Assembly: GCA_013003465.1 (NCBI GenBank)
Contig: JABDIZ010000363.1
Span: 1 to 42,006, forward strand
Origin: Rhodothermaceae bacterium
GTDB lineage: Bacteria > Bacteroidota > Rhodothermia > Rhodothermales > Rubricoccaceae
Length of the DNA: 42,006 bases
Direction of reading: 5' to 3'
Below, in pieces: positions 41,437 through 42,006 of the stretch. The translations under genes and the position numbers were made by a program. The notes below the pieces were generated by a model that had not been told where the DNA came from, did no database searches, and was given only the letters and a program-made list of their open reading frames with translations. Each line of letters starts with the position of its first letter. Within the stretch, counting starts at the first letter, position 1.

Positions 41437-42006
41437 ATGCGCATCTGCATCCTTCACAACCCCAGCGCGGGCCACGCCACCGACTTCAGGTCAGTGCAGC
41501 AGTCGCTTGCCATGCGCGACGACCTCACGCTGGTGGAGCCAACATCGCCCGAGGCACTTTACGAAGCTGTCGCCGAGGCCGCGCGGGAGGGCTACGACGT
41601 GATTGCGGCGGCCGGAGGCGACCGTGCACCTCGTAGTTAATGCGCTCATGGCCATCGGCACGAGCGCGGCCGATCGGCCCGACCTCGCCGTGCTGCCGCT
41701 CGGCACCGACAACGACTACGCGCGCACGCTCGCTGTCCCGCTGCATGCCGGACAAGCCTTGGCCCTCATCGGGCGCGGCATCCGTCGGGTCATGGAGGTC
41801 ATTCGGGTCGAGTGTGCAGAGGAGGCCCCTTGTTTCGCGATCAACCTGTGCTCGGGGGGCTTCACGGCCGACATGCGTGAGGCGCTGACCGATGAGCGCA
41901 AAGACCGCTGGGGCGCGCTCGCCTACCTGATGGCCGGCGCCGAGACGCTGCCCAATCGCACCACGTACCGGGTCCAACTCGCCTACGATGACGGGCCATC
42001 GGAAGC
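41437..42006 (+). pseudogene. Diacylglycerol-kinase-family (YegS/LCB5-like) lipid kinase, interrupted by a frameshift in the GGDGT motif. 3' end runs off the window.
   Basis: Frame A (from the ATG at 41437) reads MRICILHNPSAGH...GYDVIAAAGGD, then RAPRS-stop at 41638-41640. The +1 frame, open only after a TGA at 41600-41602, continues TVHLVVNALM...LAVLPLGTDNDYARTL...RKDRWGALAYLMAG to the window end. Joining them requires a shift at about 41620-41623. Confidence 0.65.

Noticed and set aside
1-42006. Search for CRISPR arrays, tRNA/rRNA/tmRNA genes, IS elements, integrases, toxin-antitoxin pairs and prophage structural genes.
   Set aside because: No regularly spaced repeats longer than the short ones listed were seen. 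No tRNA-like T-arm (GGTTCGAATCC-type) occurs in the intergenic regions examined by eye. No transposase- or integrase-like ORF was found. The longest gaps between called genes are about 230-250 nt. Detecting small ncRNAs would need covariance-model scans that I cannot run.

Overview
This is a 42 kb GC-rich chromosomal segment (roughly two-thirds G+C by eye, not computed) that is densely coding. I call 36 protein genes plus one frameshifted gene at the right edge. I found no rRNA, tRNA, CRISPR array, IS element or integrase.

Lineage markers point to a Bacteroidota/Rhodothermota-type organism:
- two secreted proteins end in T9SS-type C-terminal sorting domains;
- the primary sigma factor is a short 280-aa RpoD;
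- folP and cdaA overlap in a GTGA junction;
- start codons are preceded by G-depleted C/T-rich leaders with no Shine-Dalgarno sequence.

Most content is housekeeping or envelope function: deoB, pcm, cdaA, folP, rpoD, ppc, an SDR, an aldo-keto reductase, an M13 peptidase, a fasciclin lipoprotein, a GAF-PP2C phosphatase, a GAF-PAS histidine kinase, sixA, DUF971 and an ICMT-family methyltransferase.

The parts that do not look routine are:
1. a stand-alone pair of a Vsr/DUF559-like nuclease-fold protein and a DdrA/Rad52-family annealing protein (19.5-21.0 kb), with no phage context;
2. two tandem BMC vertex (EutN/CcmL) genes with no shell or enzyme genes nearby (3.4-4.0 kb);
3. a coiled-coil protein with a DUF5706/Pycsar-effector-like membrane domain, 10 nt upstream of a SixA-like phosphatase and with no cyclase (33.4-34.8 kb);
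4. two giant Omp85-barrel fusion proteins, one HExxH peptidase + PD40 propeller and one calcineurin-like phosphoesterase. The phosphoesterase fusion is translationally coupled to an SdiA-regulated-type propeller lipoprotein;
5. a 5-nt-type frameshift inside the GGDGT motif of a DAGK-family lipid kinase.

All functional calls rest on motif and pattern recognition of the translated ORFs. No searches were run. The many long antisense ORFs in the track are treated as GC-driven shadow frames.
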